Of a DNA stretch of 64,000 nucleotides, positions 42,379-51,059 are shown one piece after another. This DNA is from an uncultured Armatimonadetes bacterium (lineage in GTDB: Bacteria > Armatimonadota > UBA5829 > DTJY01). Location: assembly GCA_963717145.1 (NCBI GenBank), contig OY970325.1, positions 4,448,001 to 4,512,000 on the forward strand, given 5' to 3'. Within the stretch, counting starts at the first letter, position 1. The number at the start of each line of letters is the position of its first letter. The notes under the pieces are model-generated. The model made no database searches and was not told the origin of the DNA. It saw nothing but the letters and a program-made list of their open reading frames with translations. The translations under genes and the position numbers were made by a program.

Positions 42379-43696
42379 GAGTAATCCTCCTGCCTGATCT
42401 CCACCGGAATGCCGCCGCGCTCGACGGACTCAAGGGCGCGGAGGATGATGGCGGTCGGGACGGCGGCGATCCGGGCGCTGCACTCCGGTTCGTCGGGGGA
42501 CGGAGCGCCTGTGTCCTCACAGGCTGGAATGCCCGTGGGGACACGGGCGCTCCTGATGCACCGGACGAAGTCGCCGAGCAGGGCGAAGTGCCCCTTGTCG
42601 GGGATCGGCGGCAGGATCGAGTTGTCGCCCTTCTCAAATGCCTCCCGCTGAGCGGCCTCGGTCCGCTGGTAGAACCCCTCGATGCCCTGCGCTTCGATCT
42701 CCGGATAGCGGTCGTTCGGGATCGGGAAGACGGTCCGGAATGGCTCATCGATGACGCCGGCGACCCTCATCTCGACGAGGTGATCGATGATGATCGCCGC
42801 GCCGTTGTGGTAGACCTCGACCAGCTCCTTCGGGTAGCCGAAACTCCCGAACGCGGTGGCGAAGATGGCAGCCAGCGATCCGTCCGCGAACTCGATGGCG
42901 ATAACCTGGCTTTCGACTGAGTACCGATCAGGCCGCCCTTCGATACACGCCCCAGAGGGCGCACTCAGGGCTGTCGGTTGGACCTTCCCAGCAATACCGA
43001 CAGCCCTGAGTGCGCCCTCTGGGGCGTGTATCGAAGGGCGGCTGACGGTCACGCGCACGGGGGCGCTCTCGATGAAGCAGCAGGCGAGGTCGGCGAAGTG
43101 GGTCATCTCGTTGATGAGCGCGCCGTGAGCGAACGCCCACTTCTTCCACGACCAGTAGTCGTCGTTGACGCGGATCATCACCTGAGTCGTCCGCTCGCCG
43201 TCCAAATGCGGGCGGTCGGCCCCTCGCGGTCCCAGCGCCAGGGGGGGGATACGGGATTCGCGCGATGCTTGTTCAGGACGCGGACGGCCTCCCGGACGGC
43301 GGGCGCCATCCGGCGGTTGTGCCCGACGGTGAACCGGATTCCGGTCTCCTCGACGACCGCGAGGATCCGCTTCATCTCGTCGAACGAGTCGGCGAGCGGC
43401 TTCTCGACGTAGATGTGCTTCCCGGCGCGGGCGAAAAGCTCGATCAGCGGCAGGCGGACGGTCTGCGTGGTCGAGAGGATTACCGCCCGGACCTCCGGGT
43501 CGGCGGCGACCTCTGAGGCGTCAACGGTCAGCCGCCGGGGATGAAATCGCTCCCCGACCTTCCGCAGGGTGCCCTCATCGATATCGCAGCACCACAGGAG
43601 TTCAAGCTCCGGGTGCCGCTCGACGTTCGGCAGATGCATCATCTGTGCCATCGCCCCGCACCCGACGACGGCGATTCCGATCTTTTCCACTTGCAT
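42375..43696 (-). CDS. Gfo/Idh/MocA oxidoreductase; apparent frameshift ~43205-43225; two in-frame palindromic inserts
   Basis: IAVVGCGAMA, HIYVEKPLA, VGHNRR, then in the next frame GALINEMTHFADL, IEFADGSLA. Confidence 0.85.
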
Positions 43697-43811
43697 GCTG
43701 GCTACTCCGGCCCAACCAGGATGAGCACCTCCGGCGCGGCGTTGTACAACCCTTGAAGGTCAACCTTGAACGCCGTCATGGTCACCGAGTACTTGTTCTC
43801 GGACATACGTG

Positions 43812-44282
43812 CTACACCAACTCCTTGACCAACTCGATCGCGCCGCTCTCCCACAACTCGTTGTACCTGCGGGTGAGACGGAAGCCGTGGCTCTCGTAGA
43901 ACCGCACCGTTAACTGATAGGAGGGCTTGGCATCCGGCGGGACCGTCAGTGCGACCACTCGATCGAACCCAAGCTCCCTGACGTGCTCGAAGAAGCGCTC
44001 CATGAGCATCGAGCCGAAGCCCTTGCCCCGGTGGTCCGGATGCGTGCCCATCAGGGTTATCTGGATCGAGCCGTCCCAGCAGGTGAAGACGATGAAGGAC
44101 ACCACCTGACCATCGAACTTCAGGACGAAGAGGTCCTGAAACATGAGATCGCGCCTGGTCTCCTCGGGGACGCCGTCGGTGAACCACTCGCCCATCAGCA
44201 TCCGGGCGATGGCGACGACCTCCTCCGCAACTCCGCCGGTCGGTCTCTGGTGCAGTTCGATAGTCGTTTCCATATCAGTCAT
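43812..44282 (-). CDS. GNAT family N-acetyltransferase
   Basis: MGTHPDHRGKGFGSML, TVRFYESHGF. Confidence 0.85.
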   Translation of the reverse strand: MTDMETTIELHQRPTGGVAEEVVAIARMLMGEWFTDGVPEETRRDLMFQDLFVLKFDGQVVSFIVFTCWDGSIQITLMGTHPDHRGKGFGSMLMERFFEHVRELGFDRVVALTVPPDAKPSYQLTVRFYESHGFRLTRRYNELWESGAIELVKELV

Positions 44283-44316
44283 CCGTGCGATGTCGTGAGT
44301 ATGGCCACGACATCAG

Positions 44317-44384
44317 ACGGGCGGCCGTTGAAGGCCGCCCCTACGGCCCCTTTGCTCCTTGACTCCTCGACTCCTTTGCTCCTA
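44317..44384. repeat. Single GTAG-REP arm plus octamer tract at the lepA stop
   Basis: ACGGGCGGCCGTTGAAGGCCGCCCCTACGG followed by (CTTTGCTC/CTTGACTC/CTCGACTC). Confidence 0.7.
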
Positions 44385-46190
44385 CTCCCCAATCTTCAGC
44401 ACCGAGAGGAACGCCTCCTGCGGGACCTCGATGTGGCCGATCTGCTTCATCCGCTTCTTGCCTTCCTTCTGCTTCTCGAGGAGCTTCCGCTTCCGGGTGA
44501 TGTCGCCGCCGTAGCACTTCGCGGTCACGTTCTTCCGGAGCGCGCTGATGTTCTCCGCCGCGATCACCTTGTTCCCGATCGCCGCCTGGATGCGCACCTC
44601 GTACTGCTGCCTCGGGAGGATGCTCTTCAGCCGCTCGACGAGGAGCTTCCCACGCGGATATGCGCGGTCCCGATGCGTGATGAACGACAGTGCGTCGACC
44701 GAGTCGCCGTTGAGCAGGATGTCGAGCTTCACCAGCTTCGACACCTGGAATCCACAGAACTCGTAGTCGAACGACGCGTAGCCCTTCGTCCGGCTCTTGA
44801 GCTGGTCGAAGAAGTCCATCAGGATCTCCGACAGCGGAATCTTGTAGTGGACGAATACCCTGTTCGTGCCGGAGTACTCCATGTGAACGAACGTCCCGCG
44901 CCTGTCCTGGCAAAGCTCCATCACGCTCCCCAGGTACTCCGCGGGGACGATGATCGTCGCATCGACATACGGCTCCTCGATCCGCTCGATCAGGTTCGCG
45001 CTCGGCAGGTTCGACGGGTTGTCGACCTCGATCATGTTCCCGTCGGTCTTCGTCACATGATATATGACGCTCGGCGCGGTGGCGATCAGCGGTATGCCGG
45101 CCTCGCGCTCCAGTCGCTCCTGGACGATCTCCATGTGCAGGAGTCCGAGGAACCCGCAGCGGAAGCCGAATCCGAGCGCCGCGGAACTCTCCGGCTCATA
45201 GATGAGCGACGAGTCGTTGAGCTGGAGCTTGGCGAGCGCATCGCGCAGGTCGGGGTACTGGTTGCTGTCGAGCGGGTAGAGGCCGCAGTAGACCATCGGC
45301 TTGGGGTGCTTATATCCCGGCAGCGGCTCGGTGGCCGGGTTGTCGGCGGATGTGATCGTGTCGCCCACCTCGCTGTCGGCGACGACCTTGATCGCCGCCA
45401 TCAGGTATCCGACTTCGCCCGCATGGAGCGCATCGACCGAAGTCATCTTGGGCTTGAACACACCTACGCTCGACACCTCGAACGTCTTGCCGCCGGTCAT
45501 CATCTTGATCCGCGTGCCCTGGCGGAGTTCGCCATCTACTACTCGGATGTAGGCGACGACTCCCTGGTACTGATCGTAGTGCGAGTCGTAGATCAGCGCT
45601 CGGAGCGGCGCATCGGGGTCGCCCGAGGGCGCAGGGATGCGGCTCACGACCGCCTCCAGGACGTCACCGACGCCGGTTCCGGCGCGGGCACTCGCGTGGA
45701 TGGCGTCGTGCGCCTCTAGTGCGAGGACCGTCTCGATCTCCTCGATTACTCGCTCGGGGTCGGCCATCGGGAGGTCGATCTTGTTGATGACGGGGATGAT
45801 CGCGAGCTTGGCGGCGATCGCCAGGTTGACGTTCGCGAGCGTCTGAGCCTCGACGCCCTGTACGGCATCGACGATCAGAAGCGCTCCCTCGCACGCGGCG
45901 AGGCTTCGAGATACCTCATAGGAGAAATCGACGTGCCCGGGCGTGTCGATCAGGTTCAGGACGTACTTCTTGCCGTCCTTCGCTGTGTAGTCGAGCCGGA
46001 CGGACGCCATCTTGATCGTGATGCCGCGCTCCCGTTCGAGGTCCATGCTGTCGAGCACCTGCTCCTGCATGTCCCGCTGCTCGATTGCGCCGGTGACCTC
46101 GAGGATCCTGTCCGCCAGCGTCGATTTTCCGTGATCTATGTGAGCGATGATGCAGAAATTCCGGATGTTCTGTTGGTTGTTCTTCGTCAT
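44382..46190 (-). CDS. lepA: Translation elongation factor 4
   Basis: [64 protein letters not shown]. Confidence 0.98.
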   Translation of the reverse strand: MTKNNQQNIRNFCIIAHIDHGKSTLADRILEVTGAIEQRDMQEQVLDSMDLERERGITIKMASVRLDYTAKDGKKYVLNLIDTPGHVDFSYEVSRSLAACEGALLIVDAVQGVEAQTLANVNLAIAAKLAIIPVINKIDLPMADPERVIEEIETVLALEAHDAIHASARAGTGVGDVLEAVVSRIPAPSGDPDAPLRALIYDSHYDQYQGVVAYIRVVDGELRQGTRIKMMTGGKTFEVSSVGVFKPKMTSVDALHAGEVGYLMAAIKVVADSEVGDTITSADNPATEPLPGYKHPKPMVYCGLYPLDSNQYPDLRDALAKLQLNDSSLIYEPESSAALGFGFRCGFLGLLHMEIVQERLEREAGIPLIATAPSVIYHVTKTDGNMIEVDNPSNLPSANLIERIEEPYVDATIIVPAEYLGSVMELCQDRRGTFVHMEYSGTNRVFVHYKIPLSEILMDFFDQLKSRTKGYASFDYEFCGFQVSKLVKLDILLNGDSVDALSFITHRDRAYPRGKLLVERLKSILPRQQYEVRIQAAIGNKVIAAENISALRKNVTAKCYGGDITRKRKLLEKQKEGKKRMKQIGHIEVPQEAFLSVLKIGE

Positions 46191-46244
46191 TACGTTTGAA
46201 TTCTATCAAAAACAGGCGCGGAAGTAAAGGCGAAGGGCGGCGGG

Positions 46245-46338
46245 GGAGGTGTTGGGTGTTGGGTGTTGGGGGTTGGGGACCTGGAACCGTCAGCCCTGAG
46301 TGCGCCGTCATTCACCAGGCGCACTCAGGGCTGACGGT
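46245..46338. repeat. Heptamer tract (GGTGTTG)n plus CTGAGTGCGCC-family hairpin (46286-46338)
   Basis: ACCGTCAGCCCTGAGTGCGCC...GGCGCACTCAGGGCTGACGGT. Confidence 0.85.
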
Positions 46339-46365
46339 GTGGTCTTCCGGGCGGTCCTCTGGAAC

Positions 46366-48496
46366 CTATCTCCGATGTGCCTGGTATGCGTCCAACTGCG
46401 CCTTGATCCGTGCGGATAGATCCGGATCCCTCGCCAGTGCGAGGGCCTTCCGGGCGGTGATGACGGCATCATCCCAACGGCTGGCGGACGCATAGGCGGC
46501 GGCGAGGGTATCGAGGTACTGAGGATTGCTGTTCCCCGTGGCTTGACATACCTGCTCGGCAAGACGGACGGCCTCCTTCGAGTCGCGGGCGGTCGCGCCT
46601 GGAACAGTGGCGAGGAACCATGCGAGGTTGTTCTGCGCCTCGGGCCAATTCGGGCGGAGTTCCAGCGCCTTCCTGCATTCCACGATGGCCTCCCTGATCC
46701 TGTTCTTCTGCGCCGAGCCCTATCGCCAGGTTGTAGTGCCCATCGGGGAGGCTGGGATCGGCCTTCACCGCCTTGATGAACTGCTCGAGCGATTCGTCGA
46801 GCTTTCCCTGGAGCGAGTATGCCATCCCGAGGTTGTTGTGGGCTTGGGCGTAGTCCGGTCGAACCTGCACTGCCCGCCGGAGGTTCTCGATGGCGCGGAG
46901 CAGATCATCCGTCTGCATGAGGATCGTCCCCAGATTGTTGAGCGCCTGAGCGTGGTTCGGATCGAGAGCCAGCGTCTTCTCGAACTCCGAGACAGCGTCG
47001 GGAATATCGCTCTTTTCCAGCAGCGCTGCCCCAAGGCTGTAATGCGCATCCGCCCAGCCGGGATTGGCATCCACCGCGCAGTAATGGTGCCGGATCCCCT
47101 CATCCAGGTTTCCGTCCGCGATGAGCGCGAGCCCGAGGTTGTTCTCGGCCACGGCGTTGTTCCTGGTGACGGCGAGCGCGTGTCGGAACAGCGTCTCGCT
47201 GTCGTGCCAGTATCCGACCTGCCGCCACGTGATCGGGAGCAGGACGGCGATGACGAGGATGGAGAGTATGGGAGTATGGGGGTGTGGAGGTGTGGGAGTA
47301 CGGGAGTCCGGACGCCCATACTCCCACACTCCCATACTCCCATACCCTAACATCAGAAACACTCCGATCAGCGGGATGTACGTATATCGGTCCGCCATCG
47401 CCTGCATCCCGACCTGCACCAGGCCGATGACGGGAAGCAGCGTGATGACGTACCAAAGCCATCCCACCAGAAGATGCGGCCGACTGCGCGCCGACCGGAT
47501 CACGAGCGCGGTGATGCCGATCAGCAGAATTCCTGATCCGATCACCTGCCAACCTGGGAGGCTGCTCCCGGGATGTGGGTAGAACACGGCCAGCTTCGTC
47601 GGGTAGACCGTCTTCACGAGATAGGCGACGTATGCGACCAGAGCGTTGGCGATCCGGACACCGAGCGGATAGTGCTCCAGCGAACCGACCGCGAGTCCCC
47701 GGTGTTGGGCGGCGAACGTGACGATCCCCGAGGCCACCGCCATCCCGATGAGTGGCATCTTCTCGTAGATGACACCGATCACCGTAGGGGAGGCCTTCAA
47801 CGGCCTCCCACCCTCCGGCCGGCATTCCGTAGGGGTGGGCTTCGACGCCTGCCCGGCGGGAGGTCGTTGAAGGCCTCCCCTACGGGATATGCCGAGCCGC
47901 TGCAATGGCCAGAAGTCGAGCAGCAATAGGATGAACGGCAGCGTCACCAGCATCGGCTTGCACATCAGGCCGAGTGCAAATGCGACTACGACCGGGATGT
48001 ATCGCCTCACACCCGGGCGCTCCGTGTACCTCACGTACAGGAGCATCGTCAGCATCCAGAAGAATCCGCCGAGCACGTCTTTCCGCTCGGCAACCCACGC
48101 CACCGATTCCACGTGCAGCGGATGAACGGCGAACAGCGCCGCGACGAATGCGCTTGTCCAGATGAGGCCGGTCATGCGCCGAAGGACCAGGAAGAGAAGG
48201 ATGACGCTCGCGATGTGGATCAGCAGGTTCACGGCGTGAGGGCCGGCCGGATTCATGCCGAAGAGCCGGTAGTCGATCATGTGGGAGATCCAGGTCAACG
48301 GATGCCAGTTGGCCTCACGGAAGGTGGTGAATGCCCACGCGATGTCCAGCGACCGGATGTGCGGGTTGGCGGTCACATAGTCATCGTCGTCGTAGTTGAT
48401 GAACTGACTCCCGATCACCTGCCAAAACGCGGCGAGCGTGACGACAGCGAGCATCAGGCATATCAGAATGACCAGTCTGCGATCAGTCATCGCCAT
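46366..48496 (-). CDS. TMTC-like GT-C membrane glycosyltransferase with TPR repeats; frameshift ~46712; two in-frame repeat inserts
   Basis: FINYDDDDYV, NWHPLTWISH, HPLHVESVAWVAERKDVL, ADRYTY, then TPRs (AQAHNNLG); C-terminus continues in 46366-46683. Confidence 0.85.
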
Positions 48497-48502
48497 TCAC
48501 CA

Positions 48503-49408
48503 TCAACCATCCTTCCCCAACGCTGCCGGCGCCGACGCCTTCCCGACGAATCCCGCGAGTGCGACGATCGTCAGCAGGTACGGAAGCATCAGCATGAACT
48601 CCGACGGGATCGCGATCCCTCCGATCGCCTGCCCCTGAAGCCGCATCTGGAGCGCATCGAAGAATCCGAAGAACAGGGCCGCGCCCGCCGCGCCGAGCGG
48701 AGTCCACCTGCCGAAGATCACCGCCGCCAGCGCGATGAACCCTCGGCCGCCTGACATGCCCTCCGTGAACATGTTGAGTTGGCCCAGAGAGAGATAGACG
48801 CCCGCCAGTCCGCCCAGAATCCCGCTCCCCGTGACCGCCAGATACCTCACCCAGCCGACCTTGATCCCCACGCTTCTCGCCGCCTCGGGGTTCTCGCCGG
48901 CCGAGCGGATTCGGAGGCCGAATGGAGTCGTGAAGAGCATGAAGTTCAGGCCCAGGATCAGCAGGACGGCGAGGTAGAACATGGCGTTCTGGCCGCTCAG
49001 GACAGGCCCGAGGATCGGAATGCGCCATGTGGGAAGGCCATTCACCGATGCCGAGCCGCCGACGCTCTGCATCACATATCGCAGGATGTACGTCGTCAGC
49101 CCGAGCGCCAGGATATTGAGCGCCACGCCGCTCACGATATGGTTCATCCGCGCCTTCTGTGTAAGCGTCGCATGGATGAGTCCGAGCATCCCGCCCGCCA
49201 TCATGCCCAGCAGCGCGCCGACCCAGGGGCTGCCGGTCAGCATCGAGCCGAGCATCCCGAAGAACGCGCCGACGAGCATCATGCCCTCCAGCGCGATATT
49301 GACGACGCCCGACCGCTCGGAGAGGACGCCTCCCAGCGCGGCGAGCACCAGCGGCGTAGCCAGCCGGAGCGTGCTTCGTATCAGTTCCGTGTCGAATAGG
49401 TCAGCCAT
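48503..49408 (-). CDS. ABC transporter permease (nucleoside/sugar, BPD_transp_2), without its partner genes nearby
   Basis: LSERSGVVNIALEG, TPFGLRIRSAGENPEAA, GRGFIALAAVIFGRW, LPYLLT. Confidence 0.9.
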   Translation of the reverse strand: MADLFDTELIRSTLRLATPLVLAALGGVLSERSGVVNIALEGMMLVGAFFGMLGSMLTGSPWVGALLGMMAGGMLGLIHATLTQKARMNHIVSGVALNILALGLTTYILRYVMQSVGGSASVNGLPTWRIPILGPVLSGQNAMFYLAVLLILGLNFMLFTTPFGLRIRSAGENPEAARSVGIKVGWVRYLAVTGSGILGGLAGVYLSLGQLNMFTEGMSGGRGFIALAAVIFGRWTPLGAAGAALFFGFFDALQMRLQGQAIGGIAIPSEFMLMLPYLLTIVALAGFVGKASAPAALGKDG

Positions 49409-49608
49409 GGTAGTGAACTCCGATCTCACATTCGCCGCCCCGTGGCTCCGGCCCTCCATACCGGCAATAGTGCCGGTTCTTGGCGGCCTCCCACGCTCAG
49501 GTGGACCGATCAGTTGCCGACACAGCAATAGATGGCACGGTTCTTGCACCTCAACCTCATGTATTACTTTGTCACACCTGCCGCATTCTGAATAGAGAGG
49601 TGACCGAA

Positions 49609-50235
49609 ATGGCTAGAGTGATCATGACCATCGTGTTGGCAATCGCAGTTCTCCTGACTATGGCCGGAGTAGCGCATGCGACCATCCCCAACGCCGGCTT
49701 CGAATCGGTTGCTGCCTGGACGATCGGCGGCGTCAACCTGGACGGCAAGTACAGCGCCTACTACGGAACGGATTGGGCCAGCGAGGGAAGCGGGAACTTC
49801 ACATTCCATCGGGGAACCGGCTCAGTGACCGCCGGCAACTATATCCAGATCTCGCAGGTAGGCATCGATCTCACCGGAGCGACCAAGTTCATCTTCGACT
49901 GCCAGGATACCGGCATCGACTGGGTGCCGCTCCAGTTCATCATCGATGATACCAATCTCGTGGGCGAGTGGCAGAACAACGGCTGGCCTGGCGGAGTCGG
50001 ATCCGGCTGGGGGAATACGGCTACGACTCTCGGCATCGAGATTCCTCTGGGATCGGCCTACCCGGGTCTGCACAGCCTCACGATACGGATGTGGAACCCG
50101 GCGTCCCACTTTCCGGCTGATCCGAAGGTCTACCGGATCGACAACCTGCGGACCGATGTCGTTCCCGAGCCGTCATCGCTCTGCGCACTGGCCATGGGCC
50201 TGCCCGCCCTGCTCCTGCGCCGCCGCCGGGCTTAA
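49609..50235 (+). CDS. PEP-CTERM sorting domain protein
   Basis: Signal peptide ending AHA; C-terminal VPEPSSLCALAMGLPALLLRRRRA. Confidence 0.92.
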   Translation: MARVIMTIVLAIAVLLTMAGVAHATIPNAGFESVAAWTIGGVNLDGKYSAYYGTDWASEGSGNFTFHRGTGSVTAGNYIQISQVGIDLTGATKFIFDCQDTGIDWVPLQFIIDDTNLVGEWQNNGWPGGVGSGWGNTATTLGIEIPLGSAYPGLHSLTIRMWNPASHFPADPKVYRIDNLRTDVVPEPSSLCALAMGLPALLLRRRRA

Positions 50236-50999
50236 TCGCCTGGCTGTTTGGGCTTGGCATTGGGAAGACTCGAAGGGTGTCCGCCGGTGTCGGACGATGG
50301 TTTCTGACCAGCCTTGGCATCCTCAGACTTGGCTGGCGGAGATGCTTCCGAGGATTGGGCTTTGTGCTGCTCGGTCCCCACCTTCGGGCCAGGAGCGGCT
50401 TCCCTCACGGCAGGAGGTAAGCTCGCCCCTGTCTTCGGCTTCTGAATGGAAGCCCCTGCTCTGTGTGAAAGCTCGCTCATCTGCATCTTAGCTGACATCG
50501 CTCCGGCAACGAGGTATATGATCACGAAAATGCAGATAATCACATTACATATACGGGTCAGATTAGCACGACGGACTGCGCCCTTCATTCGATGGTGCGA
50601 CCGCTTTGTTTGGCATCTGATCACAACTGGTTTGCCGTCAGAAAAGAATCCCCCTCGCGACACGGTGCTGACTGAGTCGCCCAGGTACCTCTCCTCCAGC
50701 TCTCTCGCGGAGTGAACCCAGTAGTTGTGATAAGCAACACCTTTGGAAGTCATTGCCCACCAGGCGAGGCAGAGAACTACACCAAGTGCTGATATCAGTA
50801 GTCCTATGAGTGGTAGCGGTCTGCTGGCGGTGAGAGCTACCCCAATGGAACCGAGGAGGACACTATTGGCGAGTAGCATGGCGTTGAACTTCGCCCACAG
50901 GAGGGATCCTTCATAGGTCCAAAGCAAAGCAGCAACCTGATACCCAACACGCGCATTCTCGATTGCACTGCTCTTGGCTGCGTTCGGATTGCCTGCCAT
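50232..50999 (-). CDS. Small 3-TM membrane protein (RipA/octameric membrane protein-like pattern), lower GC
   Basis: EGSLLWAKFNAMLLANS...GVVLCLAWW...YHNYW..ARELE; low-complexity tail. Confidence 0.5.
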   Translation of the reverse strand: MAGNPNAAKSSAIENARVGYQVAALLWTYEGSLLWAKFNAMLLANSVLLGSIGVALTASRPLPLIGLLISALGVVLCLAWWAMTSKGVAYHNYWVHSARELEERYLGDSVSTVSRGGFFSDGKPVVIRCQTKRSHHRMKGAVRRANLTRICNVIICIFVIIYLVAGAMSAKMQMSELSHRAGASIQKPKTGASLPPAVREAAPGPKVGTEQHKAQSSEASPPAKSEDAKAGQKPSSDTGGHPSSLPNAKPKQPGD

Positions 51000-51059
51000 A
51001 TACCTAACACCCCTCTTCTGGATTCGCGGACTCATGGGGCAAGTCCTCCCGACACAGAA

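Noticed and set aside
43702-43806. 34-aa ORF MSENKYSVTM... between GNAT and Gfo genes
   Set aside because: It fills the gap plausibly but has no recognisable motif; insufficient support.
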